A stretch of DNA of 64,000 bases. Source: Octopus bimaculoides. Lineage: Eukaryota. Made by a program: the position numbers and the translations under genes. The stretch lies in NCBI RefSeq assembly GCF_001194135.2, contig NC_069000.1, forward strand, positions 7,449,409 through 7,513,408. Direction: 5' to 3'. This document shows, one piece after another, positions 37,750 to 50,057 of this stretch (the stretch's first letter is position 1; each line of letters begins with the position of its first letter). The notes beneath the pieces are model-generated. The model was not told where the DNA came from. It was given only the letters and a program-made list of their open reading frames with translations, and did not search any database.

Positions 37750-37965
37750 CCTTGCAGTAATGTCATTTGTCCTGCAGTTATGTCACACATTCCACAGTAA
37801 TGCCACACATCTTGCAGATGATGTTACACCTCCTACAGTGATGTCACATTATCTGCAGTGATGTTGCGCCTCCTGTGATAATGATGTTCATCCTACAGTA
37901 ATGACACACTGCAGTAATGTCACACCTTTTGCAATCATGTCATTCACCCTGCAGCAATGTCACAT
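37750..37965. repeat. Degenerate about 21-22-bp tandem repeat
   Basis: About 10 variants of cctgcagtaatgtcacacat. Confidence 0.65.
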
Positions 37966-38058
37966 GGAAATGACAGCTATATACTGAAGCACTGTGGGGT
38001 TGTTTGATATAGTTCAGTTTTAACTTCAGCTGTCGTAACTGCAGAAACAACTTAGATT

Positions 38059-38137
<79 letters not shown>

Positions 38138-39903
38138 ATACACTCACACACACAATTTATTTGCTGAAACTAGGCAGAAGAAATAGTTCTGTAATTCTCG
38201 TCAGGAGTTTTCCTTGTTTCTCAAGGTTTGAGGTGAGGAGCAAATAGTTCTTTTGAAGTAACCCACATTGTATTACTGGTACATAGCTTGGGGCTGGGAG
38301 GCAAAGCAAGCTCTGGTGCAGTTGGGAGATCTAATGTCTAGTTTATTAGTAGGTATTATGGTGATTGGATAGGGTAACAGATCAATGTTATCACCTCCCC
38401 ACTCCCCACCCTTGGTTTTTAAGGGATCAGTTCAGTCAAGAATAGCAAAACTGAATACATTAAAAATAAATGTAGCTAATTTTGATGTCGTTAACCCCCT
38501 CTACTTCTCTGTTTCTTCTTCCCTCCTCCTCTCTTGTCTGTCTGTCTGTCTCTGTTAAAACACATTTTGAAACAATTATGTAAATAATTCTCTGCCATTT
38601 TGAATGAAATTATTATCATCATCATCATCATCATCATTGCCTGATAAAATAAGTACCAGTCATACACTAGGCACTAATAGACTCCTCCTCTACATCTGCC
38701 AATGTGTAGCATTGCCCTTCTTCTTCTCCTCCTCATTATTAAGGTGATCGATGGTAGCATTAATTTCACTGTTAATCTCTGAGATAATGATGCTTTCTCC
38801 TGTAATATTAAGTGACCCAGGTCAAAAGTCAACCTCTGCAGCCAAACTAACTCCTGTCTTTCTCCTAGCTCTCAACCCCCCCTTACACAATATTTTTAAC
38901 TGTCAGATTGAAAATATTTGAAATCTAAAAAAAAAAAGACCTAAAATAAATAAAATAATTTAAAAAAATAAACAAAACTTTCTCCCTGATAAATCCTTTG
39001 ACTTAGCGAATGGATAATGGATCATTTCCTCCTCTTCTCTGTTGACTTCTTCTTTCATAGAACAATTTCTCTTGAAGAACACAAAATCTTTGGGAAAACC
39101 TGATATCTTGCAGTGTTTAAGGTTCAGTTTAAATGCTTATTAAAGTGACATGAATTCTCATTTTTAAGATGATATTGATGACTGATGATGATGATGGTGG
39201 TGGTGGTGATGAAAACTAACTTTGATAATTTTACTACGAAAATATCTTTTAAACATTTGTAAATTTTTTTTTTCTTGTCCGAAAGGTCACCAAGGAATGG
39301 TCTGAGGTCATTTCATAAGTGATTAGGTTCTCTTATAAATTAGTTGGTCATGTGTTGATGTTGTGGCTGTAAGTCTGTTTGGTGAATTTGTTCCTTTTAT
39401 AATGGAGCATTCCATCTTTGTAGCTCAGCACTGTCTTGCTACTTTCAGCAAGGGATGGAAGCTGTCTTAAAGTGTGCCACAGTTTGAAGTGTGCCATAAA
39501 TGAGAGGTACTACAATTTAAAGAGTACCACCATTTCACTTGAAGTGATACAAGTTTGTTGAAATAATGTCTACTTGGCTGTTATTTCTCTTTCCCCCTCA
39601 GCAATTCCCTATGTTTTGCCTTTTTAGCTTCCAACAATATTTCATAAGCAGTTTTTTTCAGAATGTTTCTCTATATTTCGAGAAACCCTGCAGGTCTTGC
39701 TAAACCTATACATATCACTGCTGTCGATGGCAAAACATGGGGAATAAAAATTCCCATTCAAAAGATGAGGTTTCATTACAGTTTCCCTTCTGTATATTGA
39801 GAGTCATTCTAACACAAACTAAGAAATGATTGGTTAGCCGTTTATATTTATCACAAAAAAGACTCAACAAAGGAAGATTGCAATATATTATTGCACTTAG
39901 ATG

Positions 39904-40003
39904 NNNNNNNNNNNNNNNNNNNNNNNNNNNNNNNNNNNNNNNNNNNNNNNNNNNNNNNNNNNNNNNNNNNNNNNNNNNNNNNNNNNNNNNNNNNNNNNNN
40001 NNN
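39904..40003. other. Assembly gap
   Basis: N run of 100. Confidence 1.
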
Positions 40004-40059
40004 TTTTGACATTGTTTGCATGGAGAAGAATTTTAATAGGAATTTCAAATTTCAGTAGT

Positions 40060-40445
40060 TTAAGAAACTTGCTTCCCAACCATGTGGTCTTCACTTCAGC
40101 CCCTTGTGCAAACTTCACTTTGGTCAGTGGATTTGGTAAGTGGAAACTGAAAGAAGCCCATTGTGTGTGTGTGTGTATGTATAGAGAGAGAGAGAGGTGT
40201 GTTTGTTTGTTTGTTACCCTTGTCTTGACATAAAGTGGTGGTTGTAAATGACCATTGTCATACAAGTCTGTTTTGTTTCTAGTCTTCCTTTAAAAAAAAT
40301 GTCAAGCTGTGGGGAAAATATTACCTGGCTCGGAAACAGGTGGAGGTCAGTGACAGGAAGGGCATCCAGAGGTAGAAAATTTTCCTTAAATTCTACCTGG
40401 CAAATGCAGGCATGGAAAAGGTGTCAAATGATGTTAAAAATTCCA
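40060..40445 (+). mobile_element. Composite SINE (same family as 6836-7440), head partly deleted
   Basis: aagaaacttgcttcccaaccatgtgg...gtggatttggtaagtggaaactgaaagaagccc-(tg)n-middle-ggaagggcatccag...gcatggaaaagg. Confidence 0.65.
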
Positions 40446-40559
40446 ATGATCAAATTTATAAAACCACGATACATAAAATTTTCTGATTGGTTAAAAAATG
40501 TTCTTAGAAAGAAATTAAATCTGAATCAATGAGAAATTTCTTCTCTCTCAATTTAAATC

Positions 40560-41045
40560 TTGAGTATGCTTTGCTGGATGTGCAACGAGTGTGCATATCC
40601 AACAGTGTGTGCTGAGAGAAAAACTGGGTCTCAGATGTGGTTTGTAAGAGAGACAACTGTGCTGCTATAGTCACATGATGTGTATGGATGAGGACAGCTG
40701 TGTAAAAGAGTGCTGATCTAACTGTGGAGGGAACCTGTGGAAGAGGTAAACCCAGGAAGACCTGGGCTGAGGTGGTGGTGAAGCATGACCTTTGAATGTT
40801 GAGCCTCATGGAGACAATGACAAGTGACTGAGAACTTTTGGTGATGTATTGTGCTTGAGAAGGCTCAAGTGAAGTGAAATTGTAGCTGTGGCCAATGTTG
40901 GTGTCGTGGTTAGTGTTAAGAAGGGCATCCAGCTGTAGAAACCATGCCAAATCAGACTGGAACCTGGTGCAGCTCTCCAGCTTACTGGTTCCTACCAAAC
41001 TGTCTAACCCATGCCAGCATGGAAAGCAGGCATTAAATGATGATG
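40560..41045 (+). mobile_element. Degraded RTE LINE 3' end (ORF C-terminus plus tail)
   Basis: RQLCCYSHMMCMDEDSCVKEC (decayed RLRWYGHV.RM) and VEGTCGRGKPRKTWAEVV..HDL (the RTE-type GRPRKTW motif), then ggaagggcatccagctgtag...catgccagcatggaaag...(tga)n. Confidence 0.8.
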
Positions 41046-41521
41046 TATCTCATCTTGATAGTCTTTTAAATTCAAGAAAGCTAATTTCTGCAATTTTTTT
41101 CCTGAACAACCTGCACAGATGATTTGTTTATAATGATCAAATGTTTGTGCTGTACATTAGTTCACTCCCTCCATCAAATTGATGTTGCTTGTACAAGTAC
41201 ATAGTGTGCCACACATGTTGATGTGATCACAGACTAAAGTAAAGTGAAATTTTTTGTTCAAGAATACGATACCTTGCACCACTCCAAAAATCAAAAATAT
41301 GATCTTGCAATCATGAGCGAAACACTTTAAACACAAAGACATCTGTCTTTGCATGCCTGCATCGTCGTTTGATGTGTTTTCCTCGCTCTAGACGGCAGAC
41401 TTTCAGAATAGCTATTGCTACTAGGTGGACCTAAATAACGAGATTTGCATTAAACACACATATGTCATTCACTCTATTTCACTAACATCTTTTAAAATAT
41501 TTCGTCTGATGGCAGCAGTAT

Positions 41522-41527
41522 TTTATT
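41522..41527 (-). terminator. Candidate AAR2 polyadenylation signal
   Basis: AATAAA on - (tttatt on +) about 330 nt after the stop; motif only. Confidence 0.35.
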
Positions 41528-41859
41528 GCCAGAATCCTGTTGTTGAGATCACAGTCTGTCTTCTCTTTTGGAACATTTTGTTTTTGATGGAAGAAGAAAG
41601 ATAAGGAAGAACAGCAAGAACAAACAGAGAGAAGGAAGAATGAGAAGAACAAAAAAATGAAAGAAAAGAATGGAGAAATGTTGCAGAAATTTAATGTCGT
41701 TGTGAGAACACGATGTATGAAGAAACAGGTTGATGGTCAACCATTGTTCTGATGTCCATTACACTGGACTTAGTGGTATCTGATTGAATGGTTTGTTACC
41801 TTAAGTTTGTACTCTCACTTTCAACCACGACAGGGCCATACTCGTCTCGTTGCCCCACA

Positions 41860-42625
41860 CTATATAATCTCAGTTTCAACAACAACCGGGGCATATTCAT
41901 CAGGTTCTCTGCTAAAATCCCATTTGAAAGTTTCTGTTAAATTTGCTTTAAACTTTGCCCCTCTCTTCCTCAGTTCATCATTGACCTCCTCATTGTTGAG
42001 GTTCAAGAAAAACTCATAAAGTGTGTCGGTAAGGAAATTTTGTTGGGACAAAATGTCCACAAAGAAATCTTCAGGTATTTCCTTCAATTGGAAATAGAGA
42101 ACTTTAATACATTGCATGTAAAGGTTTTGATAAGTGATGACAGCTCTCTGTGCTGTTGATAGAACACTGACTAGCTTCTTCCATTGCTCAAAACCATCGT
42201 AAACTTGTCCTATGATAAAACACACAAATGATAACTGCAGCTCCCCCAACAACAACAATTCTTTGTTGTCGTAGCAGGATTCAATCATTGTGCTGAGGGC
42301 ATAACTGGAATCTAAGCTGTATTTGGTGACATCAGCAGGGCTTGCTCCAACTGGGTATTTCCTAGGAACAGTATGGTATTGAACACTGGTGTGTGGAGCA
42401 AATTGCAATTTGGACAGATGAGATTCTGCTTCCTTTATTGACTGACATTCTTGACTTACATCCCGAACTGGCTCCGAGTTTCTCAGTCGATCTGCTGCTC
42501 TTGAGAGAGAATCACTTTTCTCTGATTTGAGGGCTGTTACAGATGATATTTTCACTCCCTCTACATGGAGTAAGGTAAGTAAATCGCTAGTGATGTGGTT
42601 TGTGAGGGACACCCATTTCTTGTAG
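41860..42625 (-). CDS. AAR2: AAR2 coding exon 4 (last)
   Basis: ttccag| on -; (N)YKKWVSLTNHITS...LLGELQLSFVCFIIGQVYDGFEQWK...EIPEDFFVDILSQQNFL...FKWDFSREPDEYAPVVVETEII, TAG; 766 nt. Total CDS 1131 nt = 376 aa plus stop. Confidence 0.96.
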
Positions 42626-43286
42626 CTGGAATTAGAAAAAGTTAGATTGAAGTATTGGGGTAGCTGGAGTATTAGTTGCTAGTACAGGAGCTAGCTGGGG
42701 TAATGAAATAATTGGGAGCATTTGGGATAGATGGAGAGTTGGTATAACTGAGCTATTTGTATAGAAAAATTATTAGGCTGACTGAACTACTGAAGTAGTT
42801 GAGATACTGGGGTGGTTGTGGTAATAATTTAAACAGTCATGAAGAGGAATAAGTCACCATAGTGATACAGGTATGTATATGGATTAGGCATGGCTGTATG
42901 GATTTAAGTGATGAAGTTATCAACAGGGTGGGTGATGTCTAAGTAACAGCACCATCTGCTGGAGATAAAAGATTTCTATCTCCAGAGGATTGATTCCCAG
43001 TGGTGCATTGTGTCCTTGAGCAAAACACTTTATTTCTTATTGCTCCAATCCACTCAGCTGGCAAAAATGAGAAGTTCTTGTAATTCAAAGGGTCAGCCTT
43101 GTCGCACTCTGTGTTATCCTGAATCAGTCTGAGAAGTATGTTAAGAGTACATGCATCCGTAAAGTGCTCAGCCACTTAGATGCTGTTCCGTTGATCAGAA
43201 AAACAGGAACACTCATCATCATAACCAATGGAGAGCCAGGTTAACATGACAACCACAGAGTGGGGGGCCGATGTTGATATACTTAC

Positions 43287-43383
43287 TTGTCATATGGATA
43301 AGGAGCTAAATATTGGTCTAACTCTTGCTTGTTTATTTCATAACATTCCATAACATCTGGGTTGTCTTCTTCAGCTTTAATGT
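43287..43383 (-). CDS. AAR2: AAR2 coding exon 3
   Basis: atttcag|...|gtaagt on -; (D)IKAEEDNPDVMECYEINKQELDQYLAPYPYD; 97 nt, phase 1-2. Confidence 0.94.
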
Positions 43384-43920
43384 CTGAAATAAGATTAAAG
43401 ACAATGAGGCTGATATTTACACACACCATCTCCACCATTATCATCATTGGTTTAATATTTGCCCTTTCCATATTAGTAGGAGTTAGATGAGACTTTTATA
43501 GCTGATGTCCATCCTGTTGTTTCCAAGCAAGACACGATTTCCCTTGCGTTCTGAATGATAAACTGCTCAACAGCCAGACACATTTTTACAGCACATGCAA
43601 ATGGTGACAACACTTAATAGTGATATTATTTTATGCCTCTTCCATATAAGTCTCATGTACATCGTCACCTATTGACTTCTGTCTAGCGTCCATTTTATTC
43701 TAGTAGCTCTTACGTTTTCAGTGGTCTAAGGACCTTGTAACGGGCGAATGCTTTAAGAAAAAAAAAAATCATACGAAAACAACATGGAAGAAGATATAAG
43801 CTGAGTGCTTTTGTTAGGTATGTTGGAAGATAAGACATGCCTCAGTGATTCCTCTGTCACAAGATTCATTCCAAATTAGGGACAGTCAAAAACGAGTGAA
43901 GAGCAAACCTTGAGGCATAC

Positions 43921-44021
43921 CTTCCGTGAGAGGGTCCCATTTTCTTAAGATAATTTCCCTCTGTTTGAATTCGTGAAAGAAACCAGTACGTGGCGCCACT
44001 TGTCCTTCTTTGTTTTTGGCA
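43921..44021 (-). CDS. AAR2: AAR2 coding exon 2
   Basis: ctttcag|...|gtatgc on -; (S)AKNKEGQVAPRTGFFHEFKQREIILRKWDPLTE, matching the AAR2 PR.GFF...W segment; 101 nt, phase 2-1. Confidence 0.94.
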
Positions 44022-44339
44022 CTGAAAGTATAATTTGGTTATAGTGGAATGGAATGTTGATGAGGGATGTAAGAGACCCCATGGTCAACAGAACACTGTA
44101 AAATCAATATGTAGGGGTAAAAGTCAGTGTTGTAAGGTGAAAGTGAATAGGTTAGTGTTGTATCCTGGAAACTGAAAAATGTCAACAAATGAAACAAATT
44201 ATTAAGAATGTTTTAACGGCAGAAAAATATTTATAAATAACTCAACCACGACAACAGAAGTAAAATCATAGATTTTTGCTTTTTCTGTTGATGTCACATC
44301 TGTATATCTAAACTGAAGTTTCTAAAAAGTGGCGTCCAG

Positions 44340-44979
44340 ATAATCAGAAGTGGTTCATAGCTTAATGGTACTATGTCATCTTCTCTAATGAATCATGATT
44401 TAGCTTTTTCTCCCACTTTGGGTCGAGTTTATGTCTGGAGACAGACCAAAGAAACCTTCAACCCTGACTGTTTCACTCCTGTGAAGCATGGAGGTGGCTC
44501 TGTGAAGGTTTTACAACTACATCATGGAATTCTCTTGGTCCTTTAGCTGTGCTACATGGCAGAGTTAACACAAGGATTATCAGAGTATCCTGACCGTATG
44601 ATGATAGCACATTTTTCCAGAACAATAACACGCTAGTTCACAGAGCTAATGATATTCAAAATTGGTACAAAGGGCACAAAAGTGAATTAACCCACTTGGA
44701 CTGGCACCAATAATCCCCAAATTTCAATACAATTGAACATTTAAAGTGCATTTTGGAGCTGTAAGTGAGGAGCTGATACTGTCTGCTATCATTGATGAAA
44801 GAGCTAAAGCAGGTTTCACTTGAAGAATGACTCAACATTTCCTTAACAACTGTTCAGAACCTGTACAAGACAATTCTTTAATATATTAAAGCTGTATTTG
44901 AAGCCAAAGGTGGACCAATCTCATATTAAATAATAAACCTTTCATTTAACAAGGTTTCCTTTATTTTTTCCAACCCTTG
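44340..44979 (+). mobile_element. Degraded Tc1/mariner transposase relic in AAR2 intron
   Basis: WYYVIFSNES (SDES decayed), RVYVWR, VKHGGGSV, FQNNNTLVH (QDN decayed), W..-SPNFNTIE, AKGGPISY-stop; ends ttccaacccttg|TA like a Tc1 right TIR. Confidence 0.85.
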
Positions 44980-45262
44980 TATATATTTATATATTTGTGT
45001 GTGTGTGTATAGAGTAAGTCAACTTATGTTTGATCTATGTGCAGTGTATGGTACAGTATATTATTAGTGATGAAATATTTAATACGTAGTGCCTTAGTGA
45101 AATGTTATCCTGAAATATTTGGTGCAATGAGACAGTTTAATATTGTTGTTTCTTTCAACAAATTGGATTAATACATCTACTGTATTTGGTGATTCTGGAA
45201 TTAGGCTTGAATTCAAGCTCTTGTGCTTAGTTTTTAAAAAATGAATAAAAGAAGTTATATAC

Positions 45263-45429
45263 CTGTAATATATGAAATGAACTCCAGGTGGGATCATTTT
45301 GACACCTTTAAATTTGGGTCCAACATCCCAACAGTTATAATCAATGCCAAACTCTGTGCCCAGGGGAACATCAAGAAGGATGAAAATAGCCCCTTCTTTA
45401 AACAACAATTGTGCTGTTTCTTGATCCAT
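45263..45429 (-). CDS. AAR2: AAR2 coding exon 1
   Basis: [55 protein letters not shown]; hallmark [23 protein letters not shown]; good Kozak (GGAACATGG); GT donor at 45262-45261; 167 nt. The exon's 5'UTR part starts at an acceptor near 45497. Confidence 0.96.
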
Positions 45430-45833
45430 GTTCCAGGGAGCCTTTATCTTCTTTCTTGATAGGTTAACAGAATCAGATCAGCATTCTCATTACAGAGCTG
45501 AAAAATTAACATTCGTTTAGTTAATTAACATTTAGTGACTGGTGTAACAGTAAAAATTTACCATAAAAACATAAGAATTATAAGATGTAATGACGTGTTA
45601 GAGCTGGCAGAGATAATGAACCCACTTTATTTACAACTACAGCAATACCTCCTCTGTAGTAAACAATATTTCGTTTCAACTAAACAGTGATGTTTTATAC
45701 ATTCCACAATTCTTCAGAAATACGTCGTAATTTTTCGTATTTGCCAAAGTAAGAATCAGTATTTTATAACGGTCACTATATAACACAGATTACTCACAAG
45801 GAAACACCATTTAGTGGAGAAACGTCAACCTAC

Positions 45834-45895
45834 CTGGAAGAGCCAACATCAAAACTTCGCTTTAGTTTTTCCAAAATAAAATGGCCAAGGGAAGT
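45834..45895 (-). promoter_or_regulatory. Candidate AAR2 non-coding first exon and core promoter
   Basis: Strong donor CAG|GTAGGT on - at 45834/45833; YY1-like AAAATGGCC (45878-45886) and ETS-like GGAAGT (45890-45895); locally more CpG. The TSS is not determinable. Confidence 0.45.
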
Positions 45896-46129
45896 AACTC
45901 GTTGCGGTGTTCACTCACATCTGTCTCCTGTAACATTGTTTAAGTAGCGGACAAAATTCTTTGTCGTATTTGTTCTGAGTTTAAATTCTGTCCAGATTAA
46001 ATTTGCTATTTACATTTCCGGGGTCAATTGAATAAACTATTAGTCAAGTACTGGATCACTTTAATCAACTAAACCCGATCCCTCGAATTTGTGTTCTGCG
46101 TATGACAGAAATTATAATTATATTAACTA

Positions 46130-46525
46130 TTGCTACTATTAATAATAATGATTTCTTTTATTGGCAACTAGGTCCCATGTCATTGAGGACTACACACAGC
46201 TCTAATAAGGATATAAAAAAATATAACGATAGAATTCAGAAAAATAGATAAATGAAAAGAATCCCCAATACCAGGGCCATCCACTTAGAGTAATTCAAGG
46301 AAAACCGTACACAAAAAGGTACAGATTACACATGCTTTTTCCGAGGCATCAGAAATTCCCTCTTCCAGTTTCTCTCTTCTAGTTTCTCTCTTCTTACTTG
46401 GCCTTTCCTCTTATTTACTCAGTGTAGGCCCATTCAGGATTACCAGTCTTGCACTCTCAACCACCTTTTGATAAACACTGGAAGGCAGCAATTCCTTCTC
46501 TACCCTTACCTTCCTTTTTAAATGA
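46130..46525 (-). mobile_element. Probable non-LTR (L1/Tx1-like) 3' end fragment
   Basis: 46524-46411 reads HLKRKVRVEKELLPSSVYQKVVESARLVILNGPTLSK-stop, followed by a UTR ending in aataaaagaaat and (att)n. The clade assignment is from recollection. Confidence 0.4.
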
Positions 46526-47530
46526 TAGATAGATAGATAGATATACATGAGTGCATGGGTATTAAATACCTTTGTTATATTTTCAGGTCACATTAATATA
46601 AGAGAATTCCTTTGTAAATATAATCAGTATATTAAACTAAAGACAGGAACAAATATATTACTTATGATCAGCCACTTAGCTTTCTTCATTAATCTGTTCC
46701 ATTAACACCATTCTGTTACAAATTCTAAGGCTAATCATTGATAACAATAGAAAGTTCTTTGCTTTCAGGAGTCTTTGTTTTGCTTTCTTTGTTGTTTTGT
46801 TTTTCATGAAATGGTATGTTTGTTGAGTTTGAACCCAGAATCTCTTTGTTTGTCCTTGCTACTTCGTTGAATGTTTCATTGAAAAGTTCTTATGGCCCCA
46901 GCAAACACTTTGACATCATCAGTCAACCAAGGACACTTTTCAGTTAAATCTCCTTCAGATCATCTCACTTCTTTCGTCTGGACACATGAAATGACGTAGT
47001 TCTGAGCTCCCTGTACATAGACAACCGATAGGATGGTCATGGCTGGTATGCCTTTGGTTTCAGTTCTGCACAAATGGTTTAAGGGTTAATCAACCACCAC
47101 CACCACCACCACCTACTTGTGCCCTGAAGGTACTCTCTGACACTTCATCACCACTATTTTTCATGTTCCACCAGGGGTAGTCATGTATCTTCTCTATATT
47201 AAGACATTTATTCCTGTTTGTCTATCACAGTGCTCATTTTTTTTCACCTGTGGTACACTTATATTCTTTTCAAAATTCAACAACACACCTGAACTAAAAG
47301 CATAACTGAAAGTATAGGGAAAGAAATTATATTCAGGTTACACTGCAGCACACCTAGCATTGTCTTGTGACACACCAGTGTGCCTTGGCAGACCAGTTGC
47401 GGAGCATTGGTCTATCATATTTTAGCCTCTGAACACTTTTCATAAAATCAGCTTTCAACCACAAACATATACACACATACATACACACACACACACACAT
47501 ATATATATATAATATATATATACATATATA

Positions 47531-47684
47531 CGACGGGCTTCTTTCAGTTTCCATCTACTAAATCCACTCACAAGGCGTTGGTCGGCCTGAGGCTATACTA
47601 GAAGACACTTGCCCAAGGTGCCACGAAGTCGGACTGAACCCGGAACCATGTGGTTCGTAAGCAAGCTACTTACTACACAGCCAC
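47531..47684 (-). mobile_element. Well-preserved tRNA-derived SINE head
   Basis: GTGGCTGTGTAGTAAG (A-box-like), GGTTCAGTCC (B-box-like), CACCTTGGGCAAGTG core, ends GGAAACTGAAAGAAGCCCGTCG-(TA/TG)n. Related copies at about 625-750 (+) and 54210-54350 (+). Confidence 0.8.
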
Positions 47685-48649
47685 TTCTAACTATCCATTG
47701 GACAAAAAGATCGTTAAATAAAGCAAGATTTCAGACATAATTTATTAGTGAGTCTAAAATATTTGAATCAAGCGAGATTATCCAAACAATTAGGTACCAA
47801 AAACTCCCATATAGACATTGGAGGTTTTAAAATGTAAACTCAAACAAGGGAGGTTACTCCGATAAACCATAATAAGCAATTTTAGGAGAATGGAGAATTG
47901 AAATATCTGTAATTTAAAAGCAACCGGTGACAGTAAAAGACTTCTTTCGGTCTTATTGAACCTCAGTAGAATATGTTTTATTTAAAAGACGGAGAAGTGA
48001 TCAACACACACACATATATGTATATGTATGTATGTATGTGTGTGTGTGTAATGTAGTGATGATGATTATGAATTTTAATAATATAGTTGAGGGAAATTAC
48101 ACTAGAAGGAAGCGTTTTGCGCTTGACCGAATCGTCAGCAAACCGGACAAAATGCTGAGCGGCGGTTTTGAGTACAAATGCCGCTGAAGTCGATTTTGCC
48201 TGTCATCCTTCCGGGGGGGGGGGGTTAGAAGAAATAACTACAAGTTGAATAATGGGGTGATGTAATCGACTAACCCCTACCCCACAAATTCAGACCTTGT
48301 TCCCATAGTAGAAAGGGTTATTATTATTGCTCAGCCCTCATGTGATTCTTGATCAAAGACATTCTTGCAATGACCAACCTATTTTTTTTTCATACATATA
48401 TTATCTCAAGGTGATTTATCACCTTGAGACCATCAGCCGTGTCGCTGGTATTTATGACGGAGGGAACAAATCTCCTTCCTCCAGACTAAACAATTAAAAT
48501 ACTGTAGACAAAACAGTCAGATAGATATTACGGCAATGACTACCACCCCCATAATATTATCATGTGATGGTGAGTGAGAGAGAGGGAAAGAAAATTGGTT
48601 GTATTAAAAGACATGACTAAGCGAGTCGCACGAGACATTTATCGACGTG

Positions 48650-48938
48650 GATCTGGAGAGTAGTCAGTGCGCATGCTCTGTCATTCACATGATCTCCCCC
48701 TCCTATTGTCTTCACTCTCTACTACTCCGTCTCTACTACTTTAAATCTACACCACCTCTTACTACCTTCACTCTCCATTGCACTCTGCTACTTTCATTCT
48801 ACACCGCCTCCCACTACATTCATTCGCCTACACTCTCTTTACTACCTCCTCACTACGTCACCTCCCACTACCTTCACTCATCATTACTGTCTCTGCTACT
48901 TCCACCGTGCCTCACACTACCTCCATTACACACCACAG
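48650..48938 (+). promoter_or_regulatory. Candidate non-coding first exon of ATP6V1A
   Basis: CpG cluster at about 48620-48680, NRF1-like TGCGCATGC (48668-48676), C/T-rich leader, strong donor CAG|GTAAGA at 48938/48939. The ATP6V1A ATG exon starts at an acceptor, so an upstream exon is expected. The assignment is inference. Confidence 0.4.
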
Positions 48939-50057
48939 GTAAGAAGCAGCCGATCTTCTCTATTCTCTCTATTTTCTGTATTATATATTAACTGTCATCA
49001 CATCACTCGGCTTCTGCCATTTATGCCACTCCATGTCTAATTTTAGTTTCCAAAAGGAATAATTCGAAGATGTAAGTCATTTTATTTCGTGCTGTGTGTT
49101 TATAGACAGGGACACAGTATATGGAAACACGAAACCAGTGTCATGTCTCTGTGTCTGTTTCTCTCTGTGTATGTCTTGTTATGTTTGTCTATCGAACTCT
49201 TGAATGGTTGAAGTAGAGGGAGGAGACACTACAACTGATTGATTATAGACCTTTCTCTCTTCCCTGTATGTGTGCGTACACACACACAAATATATTTAAT
49301 ATACATATATATATATGTATGTATGTGTGCGTGTGTGTATTGATATCGACATCGGCTGACAAGAATTCATTTGGTTAGAAACTCCAATGCATTCTACACA
49401 CCGCATGATAATTGTTTGTGTTTGAGCATATATATTACTTGAACGAGTGAATAGTAAAGTAATCGTAATTTCCAATTTGAATTGTCAGTTTCCTTTTCTC
49501 ACTTTCCCCATTTTAATCGCTTTCCTCATACACACCCACCTCTTACTCTGATCATCATCGTCACACACACACACACATAAGCATAAACTTGTGGGTCAGG
49601 ACCGTTCAGCTATCAAAAATCTTTAAGGGACGGGCAACCAGAAGTGTATGTACGGATACAGATAGTACAGATGTATATATTATATTTGTATGAATGTATA
49701 AGTATCTTCTGCTGACCCATCGACACAGACCAACGAAGAATTTTACAGTTTCAAGAAATAGCAGCCAATTCTGTCTCGAGTTACACCCTATCATTTTATA
49801 GAACGAAGCTACATTGGAGTCTGTTGGGTTTGGTCTGATCAATCGGATGTAATCTGGGGACAAAACTAGTATACACACACAAACACCTGTTTATTGCACC
49901 GCCACTGTCTCTATAACATATATGGTGTTCTAAATTAATATATTTATCGATATATTTTACATAACATAGAATGTTTATAGACACCCGCCCCCAAATACCT
50001 ATAATAAATGTATTTCAATACAAATACCCTTCAGATATATATATATATATATATATA

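Noticed and set aside
41824-41862. A-to-I editing of the AAR2 UAG to UGG as the route into the duplicated tail
   Set aside because: Read-through stays in frame 0 (WCGATRRVWPCRG-stop) and does not enter the +1 frame holding the duplicate.
42949-42962. CTCF-like motif CCAGCAGATGGTGC on -
   Set aside because: A single 14-mer with one mismatch, lying at a SINE edge; expected by chance in 64 kb.
47531-47684. tRNA gene
   Set aside because: A- and B-box-like motifs are present, but it continues into the SINE core and has multiple diverged copies; a SINE, not a tRNA.
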